Positions 1 to 11,400 are shown, counted from the first letter of the stretch. The stretch is 64,000 bases of DNA from Promethearchaeota archaeon (GCA_048937405.1 JBHLNF010000001.1:320001-384000), one strand, 5' to 3'. Made by a program: numbers and translations. Notes: generated by a model from the letters alone, not told the origin.

Positions 1-445
1 TAGAGTCAGCAGCAGCTTGGCTATAGAATTTTATAGCTCTATCTTCTCTTGAGTGAGATTCTTCTAGATTTGGTTTATATTCTGCTGCACATTTATCATA
101 TTTAGGGAAATCAACTTTATCTAGTTTAAGTATTTTTTTCCAGACTGATGCATGTTCACCTTCAACTTTAGCTAGTATTTTAAAAATTTTTTGACCATCT
201 AATTCTGGAGTCTTGTTACTTGCACATTTATAAAATATATTATTTGATACCTCAACTTCTAAAGCTTTTTCAACATTAGCTTTATCTGTTTCATTTAGCT
301 CAACATCCCACGCTCCAGTATCATCATATTCTGTTGATTCAGTAAAATATTTTTTAAAAGCCCCGCAAAAAGGACATCGACTTGGAGCTTCTTCACCAAT
401 ATATGCTTCTCCGCATATCTTACATACAAAAACTTTAACAAAAAT
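1..445 (-). CDS. Rubredoxin + ferritin-like (rubrerythrin-family) protein, 3' end outside the window
   Basis: Not in the ORF track. Manual translation gives FVCKICGEAYIGEEAPSRCPFCG followed by ExxH-type ferritin helices (ALEVE, VEGEH). The only in-frame start candidate is ATT at 445, downstream of GGTGA. Confidence 0.8.
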   Translation of the reverse strand, partial: MFVKVFVCKICGEAYIGEEAPSRCPFCGAFKKYFTESTEYDDTGAWDVELNETDKANVEKALEVEVSNNIFYKCASNKTPELDGQKIFKILAKVEGEHASVWKKILKLDKVDFPKYDKCAAEYKPNLEESHSREDRAIKFYSQAAADS

Positions 446-667
446 CTTTTTTCACCACGTTAATAATAAAATTTGTTTATTTAATAACATACAATTTAGT
501 ATAAAACATTATATCTAAATTAAATTATTAGAAATTATTACAATTTTTATATTTTCAACTTAATTTTTAAAAATAGATTTCTTTTAAATACAATTATTAA
601 AAAAAAATAGAATATAAACACAATTATAGATTCTTTAAATTTTTTAATAGTTCCAGTTTGATTATCA

Positions 668-1756
668 TTGCGTTGTCTAGGTATAGACCCTGGATCGAAG
701 AGTTGGGATTTCTTCGGTTTAGGGGAAAATAAAATAATTTTGGATACATCTCTACCCACTAAAGAAATAATTAATGACCCTCAAAAAGTAATAACTATTA
801 TAAAATCAGTAAAAGATATAGATTTAATGGTAGCTCCAAGTGGATTTGGGCTTCCCTTAAAAAATGTGAATGAATTAACAGAGCAAGATATATTTTTTAC
901 ATTATTAAAATTTGATCAAAAGGAGAAGGATAAATTAGTGGGACTTGGAAAGGTTCTAAGGTTAATTAAAGCCCAAAATATTCCCGGAATTATTGTTCCC
1001 GGAGTTAAACACCTACCTACTGTTCCTAAATATCGAAAGATCAATAAAATTGATATGGGTACAGCTGATAAAATTTGCACTGCTGTTACTGGAATTAGAG
1101 ATCAAATGGAAAGATTTAATATTACCCCTGAAAATACCAATTTTATTTTGGTTGAAATAGGTTATGGATTTACGGCAGTTTTAGCAATTGAAAACGGACA
1201 AATTATAGATGGTGTTGGAGGTAGCAATATTATGGGTTTTAGAGCGTGCGGTAGTCTTGATGGAGAATTAGCCTATCTAATCAAAAATATTCATAAAAAG
1301 AATATATATAAAGGTGGGGTAGCATATATTTCTGGATATTCCGATTTGAGTTTGAAAGAGATTAGCCTTTTGGCAGAAAAAGATATGCAAACTAAACTTG
1401 CCATTAAAGCTTATTTATCAAGTGTGAAAAAAGCAGTTTTTGGAATATCTTCCTCATTTTCATCCAAAGAAAAGATTAAAGAAGTACTATTAGCTGGAAG
1501 AGGTTCAAACTTGCCATACTTTCGGGAAAAAATGATTCACAGTCTAAAAGACGTTGCTCCAGTAAGGCTTATGAATTCATTTAGTCAGATAGCAAAACGT
1601 GCTGCTCAAGGAGCAGCGTTTATTGCCAATGGAATTCTCGGTGGTAGATTCGAACCAATTATTAATAATTTAAAACTCAAAGAAGCTAATGGTTCAATTT
1701 TAGATGATATTTTTATTCCATTTGAAAGAGAAAAATTGATAAGTGATTTAGATTAG
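668..1756 (+). CDS. DUF1464-family protein (acetate/sugar kinase-like fold)
   Basis: GIDPGSKSWD N-terminus, PSGFGLP and NKIDMGTADK motifs. Confidence 0.8.
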   Translation: MRCLGIDPGSKSWDFFGLGENKIILDTSLPTKEIINDPQKVITIIKSVKDIDLMVAPSGFGLPLKNVNELTEQDIFFTLLKFDQKEKDKLVGLGKVLRLIKAQNIPGIIVPGVKHLPTVPKYRKINKIDMGTADKICTAVTGIRDQMERFNITPENTNFILVEIGYGFTAVLAIENGQIIDGVGGSNIMGFRACGSLDGELAYLIKNIHKKNIYKGGVAYISGYSDLSLKEISLLAEKDMQTKLAIKAYLSSVKKAVFGISSSFSSKEKIKEVLLAGRGSNLPYFREKMIHSLKDVAPVRLMNSFSQIAKRAAQGAAFIANGILGGRFEPIINNLKLKEANGSILDDIFIPFEREKLISDLD

Positions 1757-3323
1757 GATTCTTATAATTACTGGTCTACAGAGCTATGATATAATTGAGA
1801 AGATTATTAAACCTATAAAAGAGCATAAAATAAACATTATAAAGGCACCAATATCAGTTTCTGCATTTCTCACAGAATCTATAACAAATGATATTTTAGA
1901 TAAGATAAATATTAATGAATATGATTTGGTATTATTACCTGGTTTTATCCAGTGGGATTCAACTAATTTAGAAGAAAAATATTCAATCATTATAAGAAAA
2001 GGACCTGAATTCGCCTCTGATTTACCTTTTATTTTAAAAAACTTAGAAAATTTCAATCTTTCTAATATACTGCCGGCAAATAGACTATTGGAGATTTCAG
2101 GAGAAAATCAATTTTCAGAGATCTTAAAGGAACAATTAGAATTAGCTAAAAATCAACTAGGTTATCACACATTTTATCTTAATAAGGAGAAATCTAATCT
2201 CATAATTGGTAAAAATTTACCTCCCCCTATTATTGCTGAAATTGTGAATTGTACTGAAAAAGAAAATGATAATATTCTAAAAAAAGTAAAACATTATATC
2301 AATTCTGGAGCGGATATTATTGATATTGGATGTGTATCTAATAAATCAAATCCAGAAAGAGTCAAAGAAATAATCAAATTAATCAAGTCTAAGTATAATG
2401 TGTTGTTAAGTATCGATTCGATGGTTCCTGAAGAAATCAATGCTGCTGTAGATGAAGATATTGACCTTATATTAAGCTTAGATCTCGGTAACTATAAAGA
2501 ATTATTAACTCTTCCTGAAGATATTCCCCTAGTTATACTTCCAACTAATGTTAAGAATGCATATTTTCCAAGAGATCCAGAATCTCGCGTCAAAAACCTA
2601 TTTAAATTAACAAAGGAATTAAAAAACAATGGTTTTAGGAAATTAATTGCTGATCCATTATTAGAAACTCCAATTAATCCGGGAATCACTAACTCTTTAC
2701 AAGCTTATTTCCTCTATAAGAAGAAAGCTATGGAGAATAAACATAAAGAATTTGAATTACCAATGTTTTTTGGAATTTCAAATGTAGTAGAACTGATGGA
2801 TATTGATTCTGTTGGTATTAATGGACTTTTAGCTAGTATTGCTATTGAATTGGATATGGGAATTCTTTTTACTGTTGAACATAGTACAAAATTAATGGGG
2901 GGAGTAAGAGAGTTGAAAGAAAGTGTAAAATTAAATTATATTGCCAAGCATAATAAAACGCCCCCAATAAACCAAGGTATCTCCATTTTCAAGGCTAAAG
3001 GAAAGATTAGCCAAGAAATACCTTTAATAAGTGAAGCTAATGTGATTTTAATAGATAAAACTTCAATAGATTATATCCCTGATAAAAATGGATATTTTAG
3101 AATTTATACGGATAATTATTCTAAAAGAATTATAGTCTATTTCTATTCTTATGAGGATAAATTACTCCAAACTCTTATAGGGGAAAATGCTGAAGCTATT
3201 AGTAAAAAGATAATTCAAAATGAACTGACTAAAGATATATATCATTTAAATTATTTAGGCAGAGAATTGAAAAAAGCAGAGCTATGTTTATTTTTTGGAA
3301 AACCTTATATTCAAGATGAATAA
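1752..3323 (+). CDS. Dihydropteroate synthase-like protein (MJ0107 type) with C-terminal DUF4346
   Basis: GADIIDIG, LSIDS, GISNVVELMDIDSVGIN, YLGRELKKAE. The frame is open upstream of 1926 to ATT at 1752, giving the typical xRILIITG N-terminus. Confidence 0.85.
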   Translation: MRILIITGLQSYDIIEKIIKPIKEHKINIIKAPISVSAFLTESITNDILDKININEYDLVLLPGFIQWDSTNLEEKYSIIIRKGPEFASDLPFILKNLENFNLSNILPANRLLEISGENQFSEILKEQLELAKNQLGYHTFYLNKEKSNLIIGKNLPPPIIAEIVNCTEKENDNILKKVKHYINSGADIIDIGCVSNKSNPERVKEIIKLIKSKYNVLLSIDSMVPEEINAAVDEDIDLILSLDLGNYKELLTLPEDIPLVILPTNVKNAYFPRDPESRVKNLFKLTKELKNNGFRKLIADPLLETPINPGITNSLQAYFLYKKKAMENKHKEFELPMFFGISNVVELMDIDSVGINGLLASIAIELDMGILFTVEHSTKLMGGVRELKESVKLNYIAKHNKTPPINQGISIFKAKGKISQEIPLISEANVILIDKTSIDYIPDKNGYFRIYTDNYSKRIIVYFYSYEDKLLQTLIGENAEAISKKIIQNELTKDIYHLNYLGRELKKAELCLFFGKPYIQDE

Positions 3324-3337
3324 AAAAAAAGAATATT

Positions 3338-3637
3338 TTATAATATTTCAAAACAAACCTTTACATCTGCTCCTCCTTCTAAAAATGGAGCGAGTTTTGC
3401 TGTATTTTTTCTTAAATTTTCATTATGTATTTTCAATGCATTAGAATCAGCATATACTTCATAAAAAACAATTACATTTTCCTCTCCCTTTACAGTGTGA
3501 GGAATATATTGTAAACATCCTGGCTCTGACTCTTTAATTTTAGGGACAATCTCTTTTAAACCTTCTTTTACTTTTTCCATACTTCCTTCTTTCACACGTA
3601 AAGTTGCAATTAATGTTATTGGAATTATTATCACCAA
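3338..3637 (-). CDS. Antibiotic biosynthesis monooxygenase (ABM) family protein
   Basis: EPGCLQY...FYEVYAD..ALKIH pattern, about 95 aa. Confidence 0.85.
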   Translation of the reverse strand: MVIIIPITLIATLRVKEGSMEKVKEGLKEIVPKIKESEPGCLQYIPHTVKGEENVIVFYEVYADSNALKIHNENLRKNTAKLAPFLEGGADVKVCFEIL

Positions 3638-3907
3638 TTCTTTCTTTATATTTTTAAAACTAATTTTAATAAAAATTTTATAAAAGAGTTAATTCCATAA
3701 AAACTTACATTGGTAAAAAATATTGCTTACTTACAAAATTTTATCTTATTAAGATAGTATTATTCTAATAATTAAATGAAAACCTCTTATTGCTTATTTT
3801 AGATATTATCATAGATTCATTATAAATTCTGGAGTAGAGATTTAAATAATTGTTTTACTTATATAGTATACGCTTATGAACTAAATAAACTCAAATGGTA
3901 TGATATT

Positions 3908-5773
3908 ATGATCCCAAAAAATATGGAGTTATTTCTTAATGAACATCTTCCCGAAGCTACTTTTAAAGCTCGTCTTAAAAAAGATAAAAACATTTGTTAT
4001 TTAGAATTTAACAATACAGACGTCCACCTTTTATCTCATTTAGGGATTATATGTGATAAATTAGGTCCTCACTTAGTATCATGTATATGGGATGAAAACT
4101 CACCACTTGAAATTGGTGGATATGTAGTAGTGGATTCTCTCGCGGGAGGTCGTCCTTCGATGGGAGGAATTAGGATGTTACCAAATATAACTCCAGCTGA
4201 TATTCATAATTTAGCACGAGGTATGACATTAAAAAACGCAGCTGCGAATCTTCCATATGGGGGAGGAAAAGCAGGTATTGTCGCAGAAAGAGAACTCTCT
4301 CCTGAAAACCATACTCAAATTGTTCGTGGATTCGCTCGTTTAATTCGACGATATACGGATATTTTCCTTCCTGGACCTGATGTTGGTACGAACGATGCCG
4401 ATATGAAAATCATTGCTATTGAAAATGGGTTAGATAATGCTCTCTCTAAACCTGCAGAAATGGGAGGAAATCGTATTGATGAACTTGGAGCTGCCGGAGG
4501 GGGTGTTATTATAGCTTTACAAACGTTGTTGGAAATTATGCCAAGATTAAGAATACTTAATCAATTCGCTAATTTAGAAATTCCAAATATAAGAGATCTT
4601 AAAATATTAATTCAAGGATTTGGTGCAGTAGGAGCTCATGCTGCTCGTATAATGAATGAAAGACTACCTCAAGCAAAAGTTATTGGTATTAGTGATTTGG
4701 AAGGCTATTTGTATAATGAATCTGGCTTACCTATTGGAGATTTGTTTGAATTATGGAAAGAAAATAAATTAGTAACTAATTTATATTTTAAAAATCAAAT
4801 AATATCAGAAGGATATAAACATCCAACTAAATTTTCTACAAATGCAGATAATTTACTTCTAGAAAATGCTTTTTGTTTAATTCCCGCTACTCCAGTATTT
4901 AATTATTTAAGTGTTAGAGATTCTGAAAATCCTTCGATGATTGTTGATCGAATGGGAAAATGGTCAGTGATTATTGAGGGTGCTAATACTTATTCTCCTG
5001 ACCCAAATAGAAAAGCTGCTAGAATACGAATGGAACAAATTGTATATCGAGAAAAAGGAGTTATGATCGCAAATGATTATTTAGTTAATTCAGGTGGAGT
5101 AATATTTGCAGCACAAGAAAATATTGTAGGAACTCCAGATAACTTACAAATTCCAGAAGAAATGCTTGGCAAACGTGAGGCTGTAGAAAAATGGTTAAAA
5201 GATCATGCTAAAGAATTTACTGAACTATCAAAGAAACGACTAATTGCTGGTCAAGAATATAGAGAGAAAGTAATCCGCAATAATATGATAGAATTAGTTG
5301 AACTGCTAACAACTCATCCAGATATGTTACCTTTCAATGCGGCTGAACAAATAAGTCTTCAACGTCTTACAGCAAAAGAAAGAGAACGAACAGCTAAAGA
5401 TATTATGATACCTATTCCGACTATTGATGTTAAAGACACCATTCAAGAAGCAGCATCATTAATTGTAAATAAAGGAAGTGATATTATTGCTGTTCTTTCG
5501 AATGGTAAACTAATAGGTGTTGTAACTGACTGGGATATTACTAAAGCAACAGCGGAGGGAAGCATTAATGCTACTCTAGACAAGATCATGACTAAAAATG
5601 TCATTACAGCACATCCAAATTTTACAATTGTAGATATAGTACGTGAATTAGAACAGTATAAAATCTCAGCAATACCCGTTGTAGAAGAAGGAATTGTATT
5701 AGGAAAAGTTAATTCAGATCTAATTGCCCAGAGATATGTTTTAGATTTACTCCAATCTCAAGAATCTAGATAA
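3908..5773 (+). CDS. Glu/Leu/Phe/Val dehydrogenase fused to a C-terminal CBS pair
   Basis: GGIRM, GGGKAG, PGPDVGT, IQGFGAVG, EGAN, VNSGGV motifs; last ~125 aa are two CBS repeats. Confidence 0.9.
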   Translation: MIPKNMELFLNEHLPEATFKARLKKDKNICYLEFNNTDVHLLSHLGIICDKLGPHLVSCIWDENSPLEIGGYVVVDSLAGGRPSMGGIRMLPNITPADIHNLARGMTLKNAAANLPYGGGKAGIVAERELSPENHTQIVRGFARLIRRYTDIFLPGPDVGTNDADMKIIAIENGLDNALSKPAEMGGNRIDELGAAGGGVIIALQTLLEIMPRLRILNQFANLEIPNIRDLKILIQGFGAVGAHAARIMNERLPQAKVIGISDLEGYLYNESGLPIGDLFELWKENKLVTNLYFKNQIISEGYKHPTKFSTNADNLLLENAFCLIPATPVFNYLSVRDSENPSMIVDRMGKWSVIIEGANTYSPDPNRKAARIRMEQIVYREKGVMIANDYLVNSGGVIFAAQENIVGTPDNLQIPEEMLGKREAVEKWLKDHAKEFTELSKKRLIAGQEYREKVIRNNMIELVELLTTHPDMLPFNAAEQISLQRLTAKERERTAKDIMIPIPTIDVKDTIQEAASLIVNKGSDIIAVLSNGKLIGVVTDWDITKATAEGSINATLDKIMTKNVITAHPNFTIVDIVRELEQYKISAIPVVEEGIVLGKVNSDLIAQRYVLDLLQSQESR

Positions 5774-5784
5774 AAATCGGAATT

Positions 5785-6915
5785 TTAATAATATTTTATA
5801 ATATTATATAAAGTGTCTCTTTGAGCAGGTTTTTTTCCAGCAGCTTTTACTATTTTTATTATTTCTTCAGGTGCTAAATATTCACCAAATTCAGCACCGG
5901 CGCTTTTTGAAATATTTTCTTCCATTAAAGTACCTGAAAAATCATTCACTCCGTAATTTAAAGAAACTTGAGCAAAATCAGGTCCTAATTTCACCCAACT
6001 ACATTGGACATTATCGATATAGTTATTTAAAAATAATCTGGAAACACAAAATAGTTTTAAATGATCCATTCCATAGGTAGGCTTTAAAGGAAATTTCTCA
6101 AGCTTTGAAAGTATTGGTCTCTCTTTTACAAATGGCAATGGAACAAATTCAGTAAAGCCATGAGTTTCATATTGAATTTCTCTTAAAATTTCTAAATGTC
6201 TAATTCTATCCGATAATTTCTCGATATGTCCATACATTATAGTTGAGGTCGTCGGAATACCTAATCTGTGAGTTGTGGTGATGATATCCTTCCATTGGTT
6301 AGTTTTTACTTTATTGGGACAAATTATTTTTCGTATATCATCAACCAATATCTCAGCAGCGGTACCTGGAATTGAATCTAAACCTGCATTTTTTAATTCT
6401 TTTAAAGTTTCTTCTATTGAATGTTCATATAGTTTAGACATGTAAAATACTTCTTGTGGTGAAAATGCGTGAATATGAATATTAGAGTCAATTTTTTTCA
6501 CAGTTTTAAGGATATTCAAATAATAATCAAAATTGAGTTCAGGATTTATACCCCCTTGAATACACACTTCACTACAACCAGCATTTTTTGCTTCAATAAC
6601 TTTTTCACCAATTTGATCAATAGAAAGTGTGAAAGCATTAGAATCATTTGCAGGTAAAGAAAAAGAACAGAATTTGCACCTTTGATAACAAATATTTGTG
6701 AAATTAATATTTCTATTTATCACAAAAGATACAACATCTTGCTTTTTTTCAAAACAGATCTGATTAGCTACGTATTGTAGGGATATAAATTCTTTTCCCT
6801 TTACTTTTAATAACTCTAATGCTTCTTCTGAGCTTAAATCTTCTGAATTTAAAGCTTTTTGTAAGATTCCTTTAATATTTGATTCAATATGTTCAAAATA
6901 TTGAGTACTAGTCAT
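5785..6915 (-). CDS. cofH: FO synthase subunit 2 (radical SAM)
   Basis: NRNINFTNICYQRCKFCSF, PGTAAEIL, STIMYGHIE, SWVKLG, GTLMEENIS; adjacent to cofG. Confidence 0.9.
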   Translation of the reverse strand: MTSTQYFEHIESNIKGILQKALNSEDLSSEEALELLKVKGKEFISLQYVANQICFEKKQDVVSFVINRNINFTNICYQRCKFCSFSLPANDSNAFTLSIDQIGEKVIEAKNAGCSEVCIQGGINPELNFDYYLNILKTVKKIDSNIHIHAFSPQEVFYMSKLYEHSIEETLKELKNAGLDSIPGTAAEILVDDIRKIICPNKVKTNQWKDIITTTHRLGIPTTSTIMYGHIEKLSDRIRHLEILREIQYETHGFTEFVPLPFVKERPILSKLEKFPLKPTYGMDHLKLFCVSRLFLNNYIDNVQCSWVKLGPDFAQVSLNYGVNDFSGTLMEENISKSAGAEFGEYLAPEEIIKIVKAAGKKPAQRDTLYNIIKYY

Positions 6916-8020
6916 CTAAATTTATATTATCTATTATTTTTTTAATATTTTCTGGACAAAATCCTTCTTTTTGTAGAAAACTATTATATATAGGAAGTCT
7001 CTCTTTGAGCCTATAACCCTCGTCTCTACAAATATTATTCAATCTATCAATTTGAGGCCATTTATTATCAGGATTTATATAATCAATTGTAAAGGGAGAA
7101 ATTCCTCCAAAATCATCAATGCCCATTTCAATAAAATCCTTTTCATACCCAGTTATAAGATTAGGTGGAACTTGAATAGCAATTTCATTTTCCAAAATAA
7201 TTCGGGCGATGCCTGTTATTCTGAGAATATCATCAATGCTAATGGGATTTTTAGGTTGATAGGCAATTCCTCTTTTTTTTACAAAATTCTGGATTATTAC
7301 TTCCTGAATATGACCATATTCATTATGGATATTCTTTATTAAATATAAATCTCTTATAACATCTTCAATATTTTCTCCAATCCCTATAAGCAAGCCGGTA
7401 GTAAATGGAATTTTTAATTTTCCAGCATTCCTAATATGATGTAATCTTTTTTTTGGAGTTTTTCCAGGAGAAAATTCATGTACACCCCCTTTTTTAAAAA
7501 GATTTAAGCTGGTGCTTTCGAGCATCAACCCCATACTAGCATTATATCTTTTTAGTTCCTTCATTTCATCATAGGTTAGAAGTCCTAAATTCGCATGTGG
7601 TAAAAAGTTTAAATCAAGCAATTTTTTACATAGTGTTTTTAAAAACACCATAAAATTTGAAAAGTTTCTTTTTTCTAACTCCCTTTTGACCTCAAGAAAG
7701 CTCTCAGGATTTTCTCCAGACATAACAAGAGCCTCTTTACAATTGAATTGAATAGCATTTTGAATTAATGTTTCTATTTGCTTATTATTTATTAATATTA
7801 AATTATCTTTATCATTTTGTTTGGGGATTTTATAATTATAGAAACAATATCCACACTGATTAACACAATAATTTGAAAGAGAAAGTGTAAAGTTTTTAGA
7901 ATAAGTAATTACTTTACGTTCTTCATTGGGTAATTCTGCCTTTATATCCTTAACCTTTTCTCTTAATCTCTTAAGATTCAAGCTTTTTAAATGATTTATT
8001 TTTATTTCTCCATTCATCAC
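6908..8020 (-). CDS. cofG: FO synthase subunit 1 (radical SAM)
   Basis: ITYSKN..CxxxCxxC, SMGLMLES, IPFTTGLLIGIGE, GHIQEVIIQNF, QVPPNL, DDFGGISP. Confidence 0.9.
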   Translation of the reverse strand: MMNGEIKINHLKSLNLKRLREKVKDIKAELPNEERKVITYSKNFTLSLSNYCVNQCGYCFYNYKIPKQNDKDNLILINNKQIETLIQNAIQFNCKEALVMSGENPESFLEVKRELEKRNFSNFMVFLKTLCKKLLDLNFLPHANLGLLTYDEMKELKRYNASMGLMLESTSLNLFKKGGVHEFSPGKTPKKRLHHIRNAGKLKIPFTTGLLIGIGENIEDVIRDLYLIKNIHNEYGHIQEVIIQNFVKKRGIAYQPKNPISIDDILRITGIARIILENEIAIQVPPNLITGYEKDFIEMGIDDFGGISPFTIDYINPDNKWPQIDRLNNICRDEGYRLKERLPIYNSFLQKEGFCPENIKKIIDNINLDD

Positions 8021-8697
8021 TTCTTCCTTTTATAACTTAAAGTAACATAATAAGTCCTAATTTTCACATCAAAAAGGTCAAATCTAGGCGAACTACTAAT
8101 TTTTTCAAATCCAATTCCGTCAACAAGACTAGTTGCTTCTTTTCCCCCTACAATCCAAGGCGCTATAGTTAACCTTATTTCATCAATAAGATTTTTTTCT
8201 ACAAAACTCCAGTTCAAGGTACCCCCTCCTTCCAGCAATATCGAATTTATACCAAATTCTTTTAAGATAGATAAAAGCTTTAATATATTAACACGGTGAC
8301 CATCTCCCAATTGTATAACCCTAACCCCTTTTTCTTCATATAATTTTATTTTATTCAATGGAACATTTTCAGTCGTACAAATAATAGTAGGATAAATTTC
8401 TTGTTGAAAGGTAATAACATTAGATTCTAATGGAATTGTTAAATTACTGTCTAAAACAATCCTATAGTATCCTCTATGTTTATGATATTTAATATGCAAT
8501 TTTGGATTATCTTTCAAAATTGTTCCCTTTCCAACCATAATTGCGTCTACACTCGCACGAAGTCTATGGACGTCTCGCCAGTCTTTTTTATCAGAAAGAT
8601 CAGAATCTCCTGTCTTTGAGGCTATTTTACCATCAATAGTCATTGCTGCGCTTAAAATTACATATGGTTTATCAGATCCCATAGAATACACGTTCAA
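8017..8697 (-). CDS. 2,5-diamino-6-ribosylamino-4(3H)-pyrimidinone 5'-phosphate reductase (RibD C-terminal / ArfC-like)
   Basis: AAMTIDGKIA, VHRLRA..DAIMVG, LLEGGGTLN. Confidence 0.9.
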   Translation of the reverse strand: MNVYSMGSDKPYVILSAAMTIDGKIASKTGDSDLSDKKDWRDVHRLRASVDAIMVGKGTILKDNPKLHIKYHKHRGYYRIVLDSNLTIPLESNVITFQQEIYPTIICTTENVPLNKIKLYEEKGVRVIQLGDGHRVNILKLLSILKEFGINSILLEGGGTLNWSFVEKNLIDEIRLTIAPWIVGGKEATSLVDGIGFEKISSSPRFDLFDVKIRTYYVTLSYKRKK

Positions 8698-8785
8698 ATT
8701 ATATTAGATCTTCTATATTTAAAATTTTATTATTACTGTCTTTTGGAATTAAAGAAAAATTAAAATTTTAACTTATTTAAATAAA

Positions 8786-9901
8786 TTAAAAAAAGGATTC
8801 TAAACCTGTTGATTGGATATTTCTAAATCTATAATTATATTTTGGTATATTAAATAATTTGATATTAGAAATTCTTTCAAATTCCTTTATTATAAAATCT
8901 TGCATCTGATTATAATTAGCTTTATAAGGAACAATTATCAATATGATATTATTATTTTTACACAATGTTTTTTTAACTTCATCTGTTTGGATTTGTCTCA
9001 AAAATTCTTGATAATTTTTATGAAAAAAATTTGGAAACTTATAGTGTTGAATTCCATTAAATTCAAAGCCCAATCTAAGAATTTTCTTCATTATTTGGAT
9101 TTCAGTATATCCATCTAAGTGCATCCGACCACTATATTTAGGGATTATTTTGGATAATGATATCTTGGAAAATTTTTTTTTAAAAATTTGTTCAAAAAAC
9201 CAGCGGCAAATTTCTTCACTTTTCCCTTCTGAACAATAAGGACACCAATGACCTCTTAAAACACTATCATATGTTGTGTTCCATGGTTTATGATTTTTAA
9301 TTCCACATTTCCATTTCAATATAATTTGACTTGGACTTTTTTTTTTCGTTAATTCTTCAAATTTATCTTTAGTTGTTAGTAGTTTACCAGCGATTCCATT
9401 TTCTTCTTTTCCTCTAAATTCTGCGATATCTTTGATTTTATCATATGTCTTGGGTCTATTTCCAGCACAATCTGGACACCAACTTCCCTGTTGTAAGCGA
9501 GTATAGGGTGCCTCCCATGTATTATGTTTAATATTCTCACATTTCCATTTTAACATAATTTGGCTTGGATTTTGATTTTTGTTTAATTTTTTAAAATCAT
9601 TTCTGGATGTTAATAGCTTTCCTCCTCTTTCCTCCGCAATTTTTTGACAATCTTCATATGTTTTAGGCAAGCAATTTCCTGCACATTCAGGACACCATGT
9701 ATTTTGTTGAATACTATTGTATGTTGTTGTCCAAGGATTATGTTCTTTAATTCCACACTTCCACTCCAGTGGAACTCTACTAGGTCTAAATTTATATTTT
9801 GATTTTAAGTAATTAAATTTACTTTTTGAACTAGATATCCTTCCTCCTCGTTGTCTTGCTATGTTCAAACAATCTTAATAAGATATTTTAGATTTAGGCA
9901 T
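8786..9901 (-). pseudogene. Zinc-ribbon repeat protein with C-terminal PD-(D/E)XK-like endonuclease; early nonsense codon
   Basis: Three WKC..H.W....WCPxC repeats then EEIC..LDGY..EFNGIQHY. ATG at 9901 is in frame but interrupted by TAA at 9875-9877; the ORF track restarts at TTG 9868. Confidence 0.6.
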
Positions 9902-10230
9902 GTTTTAAAATGAGTTTAATAAATATTCTGAATAAAATTAATGATTATAATTGAAAAATCTTTAATAACTCATACTCTTGATAAGTTTATCAATTTTTCA
10001 TTTCAAAATATACGATTTGAACACAACGAGAAGATATATAAACGTTCTATATAAATTTCTATAAATTTTACTGAGACTTGTGAAAAATGTTATATAAGGT
10101 AATATTCTTGGATTCCCATTTTAATTTTAACTGATTTTAGTATTAATTCTATATGAGAAATAATCTATATTCTTAATATAATATTTTTCCATCTATCGTC
10201 ATAGCAGCGCTCAAAATAATATAGGGCTTA

Positions 10231-11400
10231 TCACTTTCTTTCAAATACTACCTCTCCATTAATATATGTCCTAATTATATTTTCTGATTTTAATCTTTGA
10301 GTAATTATATCATATATATTATTAGAATTTAATTTAGATGTATATAAATTTGGATGACTGAGATCAACTAAAAAAAGATCCGCAGCTTTTTTTTTTGAGA
10401 TTGAGCCAAGTTCGTTTTCAAGGTTAAAGTTTTTGGCTGCGTTAACAGTTACCATCTTCAATAAATCTTTAGAAGTAATTTGCAATTCTTTATTATGACT
10501 GCATAGGACTCTTGAAATTCGATAAAAATATCGTATCTCTTCAAATAAATCAGTATTATTTACCATTAAATTATCTGTTCCTAATGATATCGGAATTTTT
10601 TTCCTAAGAATTTCGTTGATGGGGGGAAAACCCGTTCCAAAATATCCATTACAACGTGGACATAAAACATAAGATATATTTCTTTCAATTAATTTTTCTA
10701 AATCTTTTTCAATAAATTTCGTGCCATGAATAAGGACGTCAATAAAATTATCATTAAACAAGTTATTTAACAGTTTTTCATTACGAATGTTCTCAGCACA
10801 ATGACAAGCAATGATTTTCTTAGATTTCTGTTTAGCAGATAAAACATATTTTTTATTTGATGAAGTAATTTGTTTATAACTAGATAATCCAATACCATCT
10901 GCTAATTCAAAAACAGAATCTATTTCGCTTTCATCCATAAATCGCCCTAGGATCATAAACTTAATTGAGCTCTTCATGAGTGCTTTATTTAAAAGCTTTA
11001 TTCCCTCAACACCACCTTCTCTAAAATCAACAAAAAACGTAATACCATTTGAAAGCATTTCTAAAACAGTATTTTCAATTCCTTTAATTTTAATCTCTTT
11101 AGGTGTTTGTCTTAATAATTTATGTTTTAGACCATAAGGTGGAGCAACTATCTCTGCTAAATCTTTATTAAATCCTAATTCCTTGGCAAAACTATCTCCA
11201 ATATGGATATGTGAGTTAATAAAACCTGGAAGCATTAAAGAAGATTGATTATTTGGCAAAATCTCAAAATTTTCTCTTATATCATCATATGAAAGGTTTA
11301 TAATTCTCCCATTTTGATCAATTTCTAATTTAACATTTTGCTTTAAATCTAAATTCTCTCCAATTAAAGCATATTTGCTGAATAAGTATTTATTTGCCAT
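10231..11400 (-). CDS. Amidohydrolase-family metal-dependent hydrolase/deaminase
   Basis: PGFINSHIH, HCAE, LIHG, SLGTDN, GSI..KKAAD; ATG at 11400 preferred because it avoids overlap with the divergent mptA. Confidence 0.85.
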   Translation of the reverse strand: MANKYLFSKYALIGENLDLKQNVKLEIDQNGRIINLSYDDIRENFEILPNNQSSLMLPGFINSHIHIGDSFAKELGFNKDLAEIVAPPYGLKHKLLRQTPKEIKIKGIENTVLEMLSNGITFFVDFREGGVEGIKLLNKALMKSSIKFMILGRFMDESEIDSVFELADGIGLSSYKQITSSNKKYVLSAKQKSKKIIACHCAENIRNEKLLNNLFNDNFIDVLIHGTKFIEKDLEKLIERNISYVLCPRCNGYFGTGFPPINEILRKKIPISLGTDNLMVNNTDLFEEIRYFYRISRVLCSHNKELQITSKDLLKMVTVNAAKNFNLENELGSISKKKAADLFLVDLSHPNLYTSKLNSNNIYDIITQRLKSENIIRTYINGEVVFERK

